Shown here one piece after another: positions 7,817 to 17,706 of a stretch of 64,000 nt of DNA; positions within the stretch are counted from its first letter, which is position 1; the number at the start of each line of letters is the position of its first letter. The position numbers and the translations under genes were made by a program. A model generated the notes under the pieces. It searched no databases. It saw only the letters and a list, made by a program, of their open reading frames with translations, and had not been told where the DNA came from. The DNA lies in the IMG/VR virus record IMGVR_UViG_3300035698_029839, positions 62,001-126,000 of that record. One strand, 5' to 3'.

Positions 7817-8804
7817 AAAATGTAGGGTTTGTGGAGAGGAGAAGTTCTTGGATGATTTTTATTTTCGTAAGGACAGTGGGACGTATAGAGGAGATTGTAA
7901 AAAGTGCAATCTATCGGGAAGAAAAAAGTATAAGAAAAAATATAGAGAAGAGAATAGAGAAAAAATAAAAGAACAAAACAAGAAGTATAAAGAGAATCTC
8001 AGTGAAGAAAAAAAATTAAAACGAAAAGATTATTTAAAGACATATCAAGAAGAAAATAAAGAAAAAAGAAAAAAATATGCTAAAGGATATCGATCAGGAA
8101 ATAAGGAAAAAGTTAGAGAAGGGCAGAAAAGATATAGAGAAGAGAATAAAGAGAAAGTTGAAGAATGCAATAAAAAATATTATAATAATAACAGAGAAAA
8201 GATACTAGAAAAGAACAAAGAATATTATCAAAATAATAAAGAAAAATTTGCAGCTAATGATAAAAAGTGGAGAGAAAATAATAAAGAAAAAATGAAAGAA
8301 ATTTATAGGGTATACGAAGAAACCAATAAAGAAGAAATAGCAGAAAGAAAAAAAGAATATTATAAAAATAATAAAGATGTAATAGATAAAAGAAATAAAG
8401 AATATAGCAAGACTCCAGAAGGAATAAGACAACGCAGGGAGAGAGATAATAAGAGAAGGGAATGTCTTATGTTTAGGTTGAACGGGAATATGTCTAGTGG
8501 AATAAGGATTTCTTTAGAAAGAGATAATTTAAGTAAAAATGGTAGGCACTGGGAATATATAGTCGGATATACCACTAAAGAATTGAAATCTCATATAGAA
8601 AAATTATTTACTAAAGGTATGAATTGGGAAAATTATGGAGAGTGGCATATAGATCATATTACGCCAAAATCATTTTTTAAATATAAATCTACAGATGATG
8701 TAGAGTTCCGTTATTGTTGGTCTCTAAATAATTTGCAGCCTTTGTGGGCGGCAGATAATATAAGAAAAAGTGATAAAATTATTTTAAGGAAAATAGCAGT
8801 ATGA
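7806..8804 (+). CDS. HNH-type (endonuclease VII-like) homing endonuclease with N-terminal Zn finger and 15-aa charged repeats
   Basis: KKCRVCG...CKKC; about 10 Y.E.NKEK..E..K repeats; GMNWENYGEWHIDHITP and NLQPLWAADNIRKSDK motifs. Confidence 0.85.
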   Translation: MESKKCRVCGEEKFLDDFYFRKDSGTYRGDCKKCNLSGRKKYKKKYREENREKIKEQNKKYKENLSEEKKLKRKDYLKTYQEENKEKRKKYAKGYRSGNKEKVREGQKRYREENKEKVEECNKKYYNNNREKILEKNKEYYQNNKEKFAANDKKWRENNKEKMKEIYRVYEETNKEEIAERKKEYYKNNKDVIDKRNKEYSKTPEGIRQRRERDNKRRECLMFRLNGNMSSGIRISLERDNLSKNGRHWEYIVGYTTKELKSHIEKLFTKGMNWENYGEWHIDHITPKSFFKYKSTDDVEFRYCWSLNNLQPLWAADNIRKSDKIILRKIAV

Positions 8805-10753
8805 ATATCGTGCATTGCATAGAAAGCCTTGGTATCGGAGGAGCACAAAGCTGTGCTTTTGAGTTATACCACTCCATTAATACTTATTATCCTCAATATT
8901 CTCAGACATTTATATATACTCAAAACAATAGGATAGATAAACAATTTGTTGCTTCTTATGGAGTCCCTTGTAGGCTCTCAAAAAATAATGATTGGATATT
9001 AAAAAAAATTAATAAAATGGGTAACGTTATAGTTGTTTTTCACAAATTAGCCAGTTCTAGTTATAAATTATTAGATTTAATTAAATCTAGAACGAAAGCT
9101 CGTATCATGGTCATCAATCATACGCTTTACAAATCTTCATCATGGAAGAATACTAAGAGTGTAGATGTAATGGTTGCTGTTAGTAAGAATATGATGGAAG
9201 CTATGAAAAAATGGTATCCTAACATTAAAAATAAAGTTCAAATTTACAACTCTGTTTCGGCTTTTAGATATGATGCAGTTGCTCCAAGAAATGGTAATAA
9301 AAAAGATATTTTTTTAACAGGCCGTTGCAATCGCATTTGCGGCTGGAAGCACTCCAATGATTGGAACACATGGTGTAGGGATATGAAGCTACCTAAGAAA
9401 ATGGTTCATGAATATATAGGTAGTGGTATTGGTAGAGGAAATAGAAGTAGTAAGCCAAGAAGAGAAAAAGGTAGAAATGTTGTTATGATGATGGGGGGTA
9501 TTAGTGATTTTTCTCAAAAAGTTTCTATTATGAAAGATTGGGACTTATTCCTTTACGAGACAAAAAAAAATGAGGGGGTTAGTATGGCTATTTTAGAGTC
9601 TTTAGCATGCGGGGTACCCGTAATGTGTAGCAGCAACTATGGTAATCTAGAGATAATAGAGGAAGGAATAAATGGATATGTTTTTAAGGACAAGAGACAT
9701 GCTCAGAAGATCCTGACTCATCTAATTAATAACCCAAAAGAATTAAAAAAATTAAGAAGAACTACAAAGGAGCATTTCCTGGAAAAATTAGATTCAAAAT
9801 TTATGGCATATAGTTATATAAAAACTATGGAAGAAATGATGGGAAATAATTCAGATAAAATTAAAAAACCTGATCAGGATTTAACAATGATTGACAAATT
9901 AAAAGAAGATAGAGTTATGGAATCAAGTATACAATTAGAGAAGCCTATAGAGATAGTTGAAAAAGATATAACCAAAGAACCTAATAGAAAATTCTCTATT
10001 CTCACATCTAGTTACAATAAAGCAGAGTTTTTAAACGATTGGTCTAGATCTGTTCTTGCACAAAAATATAGACCATTAGAAGTTGTATTCGCTAATGATT
10101 GTTCTACCGATAGTACATTACAAATGGTGGAAAATTTTAAAAAGCAATGTGATGATAATGGGATTGAGTTTGTATTAGTGAATAATGAGCAAAGATTATA
10201 TTGCGGATCATCATATAAAAACTTACTCTCATATGCTACTGGCTCTTATTTCGGAGTATTAGATGCTGATGATATGTTGGTAGATGATTCTGTAGAGTAT
10301 ATAATGAAAAAGTATGATGAGTACAAAAATGTTTCTTGGATTTATACTCAATATGAAAATTGCGATATAAAAATGAAGCCTCGTAGAAAAGGTTTCTGTT
10401 GTTGTCCAGGGAAAGGTGAAACTTTGTTGGATCTTGGTAATAAAAGAGTTCATGGTTTTGGTCATTGGAGAACATTTTGTTATAGATTTCCAAGACCAGG
10501 TAAATTATTTGAAAAAAAATTGAAATGTGGTGTTGATAAGTTTATGGGGTATAGGCTGGAAGAGTTTGGTCAGGGTATGTTTGTTGATAGGGTTTGTTAT
10601 AAATATAGGCAACATCCTGTAGGATCTCTTAAATCAGTTTCTTCTACTAAAGAAGCTATTAATGTATGGGGAGATATTAAGAGAAGGGCGAGTGCTCGTA
10701 GAAAAAGATATAATTTAAGACCTTCTCAAATAATTAATTGCAAAAAAGTTTAG
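8801..10753 (+). CDS. Two-domain glycosyltransferase: GT4 (GT-B) fused to GT2 (GT-A)
   Basis: EGVSMAILESLACGVPV in the N-half; SILTSSYN, VFANDCSTD and VLDADD in the C-half. Confidence 0.9.
   Translation: MNIVHCIESLGIGGAQSCAFELYHSINTYYPQYSQTFIYTQNNRIDKQFVASYGVPCRLSKNNDWILKKINKMGNVIVVFHKLASSSYKLLDLIKSRTKARIMVINHTLYKSSSWKNTKSVDVMVAVSKNMMEAMKKWYPNIKNKVQIYNSVSAFRYDAVAPRNGNKKDIFLTGRCNRICGWKHSNDWNTWCRDMKLPKKMVHEYIGSGIGRGNRSSKPRREKGRNVVMMMGGISDFSQKVSIMKDWDLFLYETKKNEGVSMAILESLACGVPVMCSSNYGNLEIIEEGINGYVFKDKRHAQKILTHLINNPKELKKLRRTTKEHFLEKLDSKFMAYSYIKTMEEMMGNNSDKIKKPDQDLTMIDKLKEDRVMESSIQLEKPIEIVEKDITKEPNRKFSILTSSYNKAEFLNDWSRSVLAQKYRPLEVVFANDCSTDSTLQMVENFKKQCDDNGIEFVLVNNEQRLYCGSSYKNLLSYATGSYFGVLDADDMLVDDSVEYIMKKYDEYKNVSWIYTQYENCDIKMKPRRKGFCCCPGKGETLLDLGNKRVHGFGHWRTFCYRFPRPGKLFEKKLKCGVDKFMGYRLEEFGQGMFVDRVCYKYRQHPVGSLKSVSSTKEAINVWGDIKRRASARRKRYNLRPSQIINCKKV
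10256..10311 (+). repeat. 56-nt block identical to 11772-11827 (GT2 paralogues)
   Basis: Direct comparison; encodes VLDADDMLVDDSVEYIMK. Confidence 0.9.
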
Positions 10754-10762
10754 GAAAATAAT

Positions 10763-11494
10763 ATGTTTAATTTAACTAAGGAGCAATTGGTAGAAATTGC
10801 TAAATGTGACACACCTAGTATTGCTAATGCTCTTGAAATGTGTTGCGGCAGGTCTCGTCTAGAAGGTTTTAATAAGGAGGAAGCTCATGATTTTATGCCA
10901 GATATGGGTACTATGGTTGGTTATGCAGTAACATTTAAAGTTTGTGCTAGTAGACCTCCAACAAAAGAGGAAGAACTTGTTTTTGAAAAAACTCTCAGAC
11001 TTATAGAAGGATTTCCTAAACCAATAATTATGGTGATGGAAGATATTGACTCTCCAAATGAGATAGTTGGTTCTATGTGGGGGAGAGTTACTGCAATTAC
11101 TTATAAAGCTATGGGGGTTGTTGGAGTTATTGCTGATGGGGGTGTTCGAGATTTGCCTTCAATGGCAGAGGCGGGCTTTCATGCTCTCGCTAGACGTGTT
11201 TGTGTTTCTCATGGTTATGCTCATCATATTGCCAGTGGGGAACCTGTCAATGTATTTGGCACAGAAGTTAAAACAGGTAATCTTATTGCTGCTGATCAGC
11301 ATGGTTTTATTACTATTCCATATGATTGTGCTGATAGGGTAGCAGAAATAGCGGGCATAATCGACAAACTGGAAAGAGAGTATTTGACAGATTTGACAGA
11401 AAAACCTGGTTATAATGTAGATATAAGACTTGGTGGTTTTAAGATTTTTCAAGAAAAAATGATTGCTACAAAAAATAATTTTAAAAAGACATAG
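10763..11494 (+). CDS. RraA/HMG-aldolase family protein
   Basis: DTPSIANALE, GYAVT, DGGVRDLP and GNLIAADQHG motifs. Confidence 0.85.
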   Translation: MFNLTKEQLVEIAKCDTPSIANALEMCCGRSRLEGFNKEEAHDFMPDMGTMVGYAVTFKVCASRPPTKEEELVFEKTLRLIEGFPKPIIMVMEDIDSPNEIVGSMWGRVTAITYKAMGVVGVIADGGVRDLPSMAEAGFHALARRVCVSHGYAHHIASGEPVNVFGTEVKTGNLIAADQHGFITIPYDCADRVAEIAGIIDKLEREYLTDLTEKPGYNVDIRLGGFKIFQEKMIATKNNFKKT

Positions 11495-11495
11495 T

Positions 11496-12257
11496 ATGAA
11501 TAATAAATTTACTATTTTAACAGCTTCATCTAATAAGTATCCTTATTTAAAGGATTGGATGAATTCTATTCTTGTTCAGAAATACAGGCCATTAGAAGTT
11601 GTTATGGTTGATGATTGTTCTGATGATATGACTAGAAAACTTATTAAAAGATTTAGAAAAAGATTTGGAGAAAATGATATATCTTTTAATTATTTGAGAA
11701 ATAAAAAAAGATTACATTGTAGTAGTTCTTATAGAGTAGCTATAAAAACAGCTACGGGTGATTTTATGGGGGTATTAGATGCTGATGATATGTTGGTAGA
11801 TGATTCTGTAGAGTATATAATGAAAAAATATAATCAGTATGAATATATGGCTTGGATTTATACTCAATTCCAAATTTGCGATGCTCGTATGGGGTATATT
11901 AAGGATGGTTTTTGTAGATCACCAATACCGTGGGGATCTATGCTAGATTCTGGAGAAAAAAGAAAGCAGGTTTATTCTCATTGGAGAACATTTTCTAGGC
12001 GTTGTAGTGATTTGAGTAATTTATTGCCTAAAGGACTTAGATGCGCTGTTGATAAATATATGGGGTATAAATTAGAAGAATTGGGTAATGGGATGTTTAT
12101 TAATAGGGTGTGTTATAAATATAGACAAGGAGTTAAGAGAGGAGTAGTGGCTAAAGAAAGCACAAAGAATACTTGGAAAAAATTGGTTGCTAATTTGGTA
12201 GAGGATAGGAAAAAGAATAATATAAAGCCATTTCCAATTATAGAAGGAAAAGTATAA
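11496..12257 (+). CDS. GT2 glycosyltransferase, paralogue of the C-terminal domain of 8801
   Basis: VMVDDCSDD and VLDADD motifs; start moved to ATG 11496 by alignment with the paralogue. Confidence 0.88.
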   Translation: MNNKFTILTASSNKYPYLKDWMNSILVQKYRPLEVVMVDDCSDDMTRKLIKRFRKRFGENDISFNYLRNKKRLHCSSSYRVAIKTATGDFMGVLDADDMLVDDSVEYIMKKYNQYEYMAWIYTQFQICDARMGYIKDGFCRSPIPWGSMLDSGEKRKQVYSHWRTFSRRCSDLSNLLPKGLRCAVDKYMGYKLEELGNGMFINRVCYKYRQGVKRGVVAKESTKNTWKKLVANLVEDRKKNNIKPFPIIEGKV

Positions 12258-12928
12258 TGGTAAGAACAAAAAAACAGTGGCATAGATATTTTATAAAAGA
12301 AATTTCTATGATAGTTTCTAAATATGTTGATAAAAATAAAGATTTCTTTGTTGAGTGTGGTGTTAAGCAGGGATCATCATCTGTAATAATGGCATCTAAT
12401 TTAAACATTGATGGGTATTTATTTGATACTTGGCAAGGTTTTCCTCATTTCACAGATATTGATTTAGATTTAGGTATTAATAAAGCTAAAGATAGTATGG
12501 AATATAGAATAAGAGTAGCCAAAAATACATATAAAGAGTGTGTTGATAATCTTACTAGTCATGGAGTAATTGATTTATGTCAAATGATGCAGGGTGATAT
12601 TTTAAAAATAGTTCCTAAATTTATTGAGAATTTAGAAGATTTTAATATTTCTATGATGCATATAGATACAGATCTTTATGAACCTGCAAAAGTTTCTTTA
12701 GAATCTTTTTGGCCATATGTTAAAGAATCTGGGGTAGTTTATTTTCATGACTACGAAGATAAGAAATGGAGAGGAATAAAAAAAGTTGTCGATAAATTAG
12801 TAGAGATAGATAAAAATTTGTATTTTCATATTTTTGATGCAAATAAGTTATTTTCAGCATGTGTTGTGAAAGGAAAGAGTAATGCCAGTGAAGATATTTT
12901 TAATAATATAGTTAGTTTTGATCGATAA
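12257..12928 (+). CDS. TylF/MycF-family sugar O-methyltransferase
   Basis: VECGV, LFDTWQGFP, HIDTDLYEP and GVVYFHDY motifs. Confidence 0.85.
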   Translation: MVRTKKQWHRYFIKEISMIVSKYVDKNKDFFVECGVKQGSSSVIMASNLNIDGYLFDTWQGFPHFTDIDLDLGINKAKDSMEYRIRVAKNTYKECVDNLTSHGVIDLCQMMQGDILKIVPKFIENLEDFNISMMHIDTDLYEPAKVSLESFWPYVKESGVVYFHDYEDKKWRGIKKVVDKLVEIDKNLYFHIFDANKLFSACVVKGKSNASEDIFNNIVSFDR

Positions 12929-13874
12929 TATGAAACTTCTTATGATAATGAAAAAATTTAGTGGTGGTCCAAATATATTCAGGAGGAGACTTTCGAATAT
13001 TTTAGAAAAAAGAGTTAAAGAAACTGGTATAGAAATAGTTCATGATCCAAAAGGGAATTTTGATGCTGAATTAGCTTTTGTGAGAACCTTAACACAACAT
13101 AGGAAACCTACTATTTTAAGGGTTGATGGTTGTTATCTGGGAGGTGGTTATGAGGGTAAAAATCGTCTTTATAAAGAAGCTGCTAAAAATGCTAAGTTTA
13201 TAATTTATCAGTCTGAGTTTTCTCGTAGAATGTGTGAAAGTGTATGGGGTATTAATAAACCTAATGTTGTTATTCATAATGGAATTAATTTTGATGATTT
13301 AAAAGGAATAGATAAAGATCCTGCCATACCAGAGGGATCTTTTGTTGCTTCAGCTATATGGAGAAAAAATAAAAGACCTGTTTCTATGATCCAGGGTTTT
13401 ATAGATGCTGGAATAAAAAATCATTTTTATATTATAGGTGATACATATGGTATACCAGATAAATATTTGAATAGATTTAGAAAACATAGGAATATTCATT
13501 TTCCTGGTCCTTGTGATTTTGAAAGATCTATGTCTATTTTTAAGTCATGTGATTATTTGTTACATCTTGCACAAATAGATTCGTGTCCTAATGTTGTTAT
13601 TGAGGGACTTGCATCTGGTCTTAAAGTTTTATATAGTAATTTACAAGGAACAAAAGAATTTGTACCTCCTGAAAATGGGATTAAGATTAAAACTGATAAA
13701 TGGAAGTTTCAACCAATAGGTCTAGGTCAACATGATAGAATAAAACCAGGGTTAGTAGCAGATGGAATACATAGATTAATGCAATTAAAAGGAGAGAGGA
13801 TAATGTACCCACCAGAAATTAATATTAATTTAGTAGCAGATAGATATATAAAGGTGATAAAAGAAAATGTTTAA
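12918..13874 (+). CDS. GT4 glycosyltransferase
   Basis: IYQSEFS, VIHNGI and DSCPNVVIEGLASG motifs. Confidence 0.85.
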   Translation: MIDNMKLLMIMKKFSGGPNIFRRRLSNILEKRVKETGIEIVHDPKGNFDAELAFVRTLTQHRKPTILRVDGCYLGGGYEGKNRLYKEAAKNAKFIIYQSEFSRRMCESVWGINKPNVVIHNGINFDDLKGIDKDPAIPEGSFVASAIWRKNKRPVSMIQGFIDAGIKNHFYIIGDTYGIPDKYLNRFRKHRNIHFPGPCDFERSMSIFKSCDYLLHLAQIDSCPNVVIEGLASGLKVLYSNLQGTKEFVPPENGIKIKTDKWKFQPIGLGQHDRIKPGLVADGIHRLMQLKGERIMYPPEININLVADRYIKVIKENV

Positions 13875-14598
13875 AGTATCAGTAATAACAACTTTATATA
13901 ATTATAGTGATTATATTGTAGATTGTATCGAGTCTTTTCTTAATCAAAATTTTAAAGATTCAGAGATGATTATAGTTGATGATAATTCTTTAGACAATCC
14001 TTATCCTAATATTAAAAAATATAAATCTAATAGAATTAGATATATTAGATTAAATAAAAACATGGGATATTCTTTTGCTAAAAATATAGGAATTGAAAAT
14101 TGTAATTCTGATATTTTAGTAATGTTAGATGCTGATGATATGACTACAGAAAATGGTATATCTTTGAGGTATAATAAAATACAGGAAGGTTTTGATTTTG
14201 TTCACGGTCCAGTTTTAGATTTTACAGTTAAGAATGAGGAGATGAAAACAAAAGAGTCAAGACTTTGGCCAAAATGGAAAAAAAGTAAGAAAGATGCTTC
14301 TTGCTATAGGTTAATTCATGCTCAAAGTGTAATGCTTAAAAAGAATATACATAGAAAGATTGGCTTGTATGATGAAACTTTAAGAAGCAAAAGTGATAGA
14401 GAGATGTGGGCAAGAATATTAAATCATGGTTATAAAATGTTTTATGTGGAAGATTACGTGAGCTTGTATCGTAGACATAATAAGCAAATGCACAGATCCC
14501 CAGAAAAACTAAAAATAAATGACAAATTACAGAAGCATGTTTTAGCGTTGATAGAAAAAAGAAAAAAAGATTTGTCTGGTATTAAAATGTTAAAATAG
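13867..14598 (+). CDS. GT2 glycosyltransferase
   Basis: VSVITTLYNY, IIVDDNS and MLDADD motifs. Confidence 0.9.
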   Translation: MFKVSVITTLYNYSDYIVDCIESFLNQNFKDSEMIIVDDNSLDNPYPNIKKYKSNRIRYIRLNKNMGYSFAKNIGIENCNSDILVMLDADDMTTENGISLRYNKIQEGFDFVHGPVLDFTVKNEEMKTKESRLWPKWKKSKKDASCYRLIHAQSVMLKKNIHRKIGLYDETLRSKSDREMWARILNHGYKMFYVEDYVSLYRRHNKQMHRSPEKLKINDKLQKHVLALIEKRKKDLSGIKMLK

Positions 14599-14606
14599 GA
14601 GTTATT

Positions 14607-14957
14607 GTGGATAAGCAAGGAAAAATATGGGGGTTTACTTCGGAAATATTTAATAAAAACAATGTAGAGATTCATAGAATTGTAGGAAATACTAATAGTC
14701 ATTGCTCTAAGCACAAACATGATCATAAGTTTAATATGTTTTTTGTGGAAAAAGGAATGATAATTATCAAAATATGGAAAAATGATTATGACCTTGTTGA
14801 TACAACTGTTCTAAATGAAGGACAATCATGTACTGTTCCTCCAGGGGAGTATCATCAATTTTTAGTTCAAGATAATTGTGTTGTTTATGAATTTTATTGG
14901 GTTGAAATAAGTTCAAAAGATATAGTTAGAGAAAATGTGGGAGGTATAAATGAGTAA
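14607..14957 (+). CDS. Cupin-domain protein (sugar isomerase-like)
   Basis: CSKHKH...FFVEKG and PPGEYHQF cupin motifs; GTG start with SD AGGAG. Confidence 0.8.
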   Translation: MDKQGKIWGFTSEIFNKNNVEIHRIVGNTNSHCSKHKHDHKFNMFFVEKGMIIIKIWKNDYDLVDTTVLNEGQSCTVPPGEYHQFLVQDNCVVYEFYWVEISSKDIVRENVGGINE

Positions 14958-15699
14958 AAAAGTAATATTAGTTCAAACTCCAGCATTCCTGTTTGAAGTA
15001 ATTCCCATGTTTTATGCGGAGACAAAAAAACTTGGATTTTTTGATAAAATTTATGTGGTTAGTGATTATGATGGAGATATATCTTTTGCTGAAGATGATT
15101 TTAAATTAATAAAATTAAATAAAGATTTACAATTTAGTTCTAACATACTATATGCATTAGATTTTATTGAAGAAGATATCATAACACTTTGTTGTGAAGA
15201 TCATATTTTTACTGATAAAAATAATTTAGAAAGATGGAGTGAGCATTTTGATTATTTTTATTTACATCCCGATATGGGTTTTTTAAGATTGTCTAATACT
15301 AAGAAGAAAGTTATTCCAGCTCCAGGACATGAAAAAGAAGATATATTTCCAATATCTACTAGATATAGATATCACATATCTTTACAGGTGGCTTTTTGGA
15401 GAAAAGAATATCTAAAAATAGCTTTGAATCCAGGCAATGATGCTGCAGATTTTGAAAGACGAGGAGCTAAATTAACTAGAAGAGCCTTTAGAGATGGGGA
15501 AATCAATATGAGATCTTATTGTGTTAAAGATTGTGTTGCACGTAGAACCAATTTTTATAAAGATGGTAAATATTATAGAAGACAATTTATTGATTATGCT
15601 CTTGCTCATAATATGTCATATAATAACAAGAAAAAAATAAAAACCAAACATGGTATTATAACATGCGCTGAGTACATAGAAAAAAATAAAAGGTTATAA
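14950..15699 (+). CDS. Putative GT-A-fold glycosyltransferase
   Basis: CCEDH (DxD-like) and SLQVAFWRKEYL...DFE motifs; island context. Confidence 0.55.
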   Translation: MSKKVILVQTPAFLFEVIPMFYAETKKLGFFDKIYVVSDYDGDISFAEDDFKLIKLNKDLQFSSNILYALDFIEEDIITLCCEDHIFTDKNNLERWSEHFDYFYLHPDMGFLRLSNTKKKVIPAPGHEKEDIFPISTRYRYHISLQVAFWRKEYLKIALNPGNDAADFERRGAKLTRRAFRDGEINMRSYCVKDCVARRTNFYKDGKYYRRQFIDYALAHNMSYNNKKKIKTKHGIITCAEYIEKNKRL

Positions 15700-15703
15700 A
15701 GTT

Positions 15704-16702
15704 ATGAATATACCTCCAGATAAGTATAAGAGTTTAATAGCTGTGGATAAGAAAAATAATGTTATACCTATTCCTAATAAGTTAATGAGGAAACAAAGAT
15801 GGAAAGAGGAGCAAGATAAAAGATTAACTCCTAATTCTCTTTGTATAGTTTGTAATTTTTCATATTATTACAAAGACAGAGGATGGTCAAATAATGTTAA
15901 AGCAATTTGTCATCCCTTTAGAGAATATCAGCAACCTGTGGGAGATAGGGAATTATATTTATTTTCTGAATCTGATATGTGCGATACCTTATGGATGGAC
16001 GATATTTTATTGTTGAAAAATAGAGATAATTATGAATATGATTTTTTTATTTTTACTATAGATAGTGGACAGGGAGTTAAGTGTAAGGGGGCATATTTTT
16101 TACCTCTAATATTTGAAGTGGCTAAGGAATTAGGAATGAGAGGTTTGGTATTAGATTATTATCCTCGTCAAAGACCTATTTGTGATGGTATTGGGAAATG
16201 GGATATTCAGGTAAGAGAGGTGAGATCATCTTTAAAAAAAATGGATAATATAAATATCAAAAGAGGATGGATTAGCCAAAATAAAATAAATAAATTGATG
16301 AGCCATTGCAAATTTGTAATATTTCCAAATAATAGAGATGCTAGTCCAAGAACAATACCAGAAACATTATTGAGAGGTAAACCTATTATGGTTAATAAAA
16401 ACATTTTAGGAGGATGGAAATATTGCAATGATATTAATGGAATATTGTATGATGGTGCTTTTGATGTGGAACAGTTGAAAAATAATAAGCAATATTATTA
16501 CGATGAAATTAAAAAATCTTTGATTGAGATGAGTAATAAAAAAAGTGATGCTAGTAATATTAAAAAAAATTATTTAGAAAAATATGGATTTTCTAATACG
16601 TCAAAGAGGCTAGCGTCTATTATTAATAAAATGGAAGGTCATAAAAAGTATAAATATGTGGCTTATACAGATTTTAAAAATTATTTAAAAGCTTTTGTGT
16701 AG
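15704..16702 (+). CDS. GT-B (GT4-like) glycosyltransferase
   Basis: FVIFPNNRDASPRTIPETLLRGKPIMVNKNILGGWKY acceptor/donor motif. Confidence 0.7.
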   Translation: MNIPPDKYKSLIAVDKKNNVIPIPNKLMRKQRWKEEQDKRLTPNSLCIVCNFSYYYKDRGWSNNVKAICHPFREYQQPVGDRELYLFSESDMCDTLWMDDILLLKNRDNYEYDFFIFTIDSGQGVKCKGAYFLPLIFEVAKELGMRGLVLDYYPRQRPICDGIGKWDIQVREVRSSLKKMDNINIKRGWISQNKINKLMSHCKFVIFPNNRDASPRTIPETLLRGKPIMVNKNILGGWKYCNDINGILYDGAFDVEQLKNNKQYYYDEIKKSLIEMSNKKSDASNIKKNYLEKYGFSNTSKRLASIINKMEGHKKYKYVAYTDFKNYLKAFV

Positions 16703-16712
16703 AGGTGAAGTT

Positions 16713-17207
16713 ATGGGAAAAGGTTTTTTAATGTGTAATGAAATACATGAGTGGATTGAAAATAATATTTCTAATGGTAGTACTATATTAGAATTAGGTA
16801 GTGGTAAGGGAACAGCTAGGATGGTAAAAAATTATACTGTTTATTCTATTGAGCATAGTAAAAAATGGATGAATAGATATGGATCTAATTATATTTATGC
16901 TCCTATAAAAGATGGATGGTATGATGTAGAGGCAATTAAGAAGGGTATTCCAGAGCATTATGACTTGTTATTAGTTGATGGCCCTCCTAGAAAAGTAGAT
17001 GGAGTAAAAATAGGAAGAAGACCGCTAGGAGATCATTTGGATTTATTTAAGACTAATGTGCCTATTATTGTTGATGATTCGGATAGGGGAAGAGAAATGA
17101 AGCTTCTAAAGTATATGGTAGAAAAATTAGGAAGGGATTACACAAGTCATAAAGGGAGAGATCATAGAGGTAAAGGAACCATGTTTGCAATTTTTGATAA
17201 GGAATAA
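16713..17207 (+). CDS. Short class I SAM-dependent methyltransferase-like protein (copy 1)
   Basis: ILELGSGKGT, YSIEH and YDLLLVDGP motifs; start at ATG 16713 after SD GAGGTG. Confidence 0.75.
   Translation: MGKGFLMCNEIHEWIENNISNGSTILELGSGKGTARMVKNYTVYSIEHSKKWMNRYGSNYIYAPIKDGWYDVEAIKKGIPEHYDLLLVDGPPRKVDGVKIGRRPLGDHLDLFKTNVPIIVDDSDRGREMKLLKYMVEKLGRDYTSHKGRDHRGKGTMFAIFDKE
16881..16981 (+). repeat. 101-nt block with 2 mismatches to 17383-17483
   Basis: Direct comparison, offset 502 nt; 65 contiguous identical nt. Confidence 0.9.
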
Positions 17208-17211
17208 AAAT

Positions 17212-17706
17212 ATGACAAGTGGGCATGAAATGTGTGGAGAAATTCACGATTGGATTATTAATAATATCTCTAAGGGTAGTATAATATTAGAGATTGGTAG
17301 TGGTAAAGGGACTAAAAGATTAATCGATAATGGTTTTATTGTTTATTCTATTGAGCATAATCTAAAATGGATGAATAAATACGGATCTAATTATATCTAT
17401 GCTCCTATAAAAGATGGGTGGTATGATGTAGAGGCAATTAAGAAGGGTATTCCAGAGCATTATGACTTGTTATTAGTTGATGGGCCTATTTGGAAGAATA
17501 GTAAAAATATAGGTAGAATACATTTAGTAAAATATTTAGATTTATTTAATGTTAATTGTTGTATGATTTTTGATGATTTTCACCGTAATGATGTTCCCGA
17601 ATTGGTATCGAAGGTTTCAGAAAAAGTAGGAAGGGATTATATTGGTTATAGAGGGAAGAGTGGACATAGGAGAGTGAAATTTGCAATTTTTGATAAGGTG
17701 GAATAA
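17212..17706 (+). CDS. Short class I methyltransferase-like protein (copy 2, tandem paralogue)
   Basis: ILEIGSGKGT and YDLLLVDGP motifs; start moved to ATG 17212. Confidence 0.75.
   Translation: MTSGHEMCGEIHDWIINNISKGSIILEIGSGKGTKRLIDNGFIVYSIEHNLKWMNKYGSNYIYAPIKDGWYDVEAIKKGIPEHYDLLLVDGPIWKNSKNIGRIHLVKYLDLFNVNCCMIFDDFHRNDVPELVSKVSEKVGRDYIGYRGKSGHRRVKFAIFDKVE

Noticed and set aside
7920-8420. 45-nt periodic purine-rich repeats
   Set aside because: These encode the 15-aa charged helical repeats of the HNH protein and are degenerate at DNA level; not an array or satellite
9562-9570. A9 tracts in the GT4-GT2 gene and at 61049-61057 as phase-variation switches
   Set aside because: Both ORFs are intact, and poly-A runs are expected in Lys-rich AT-rich genes; poly-G/C tracts would be more telling
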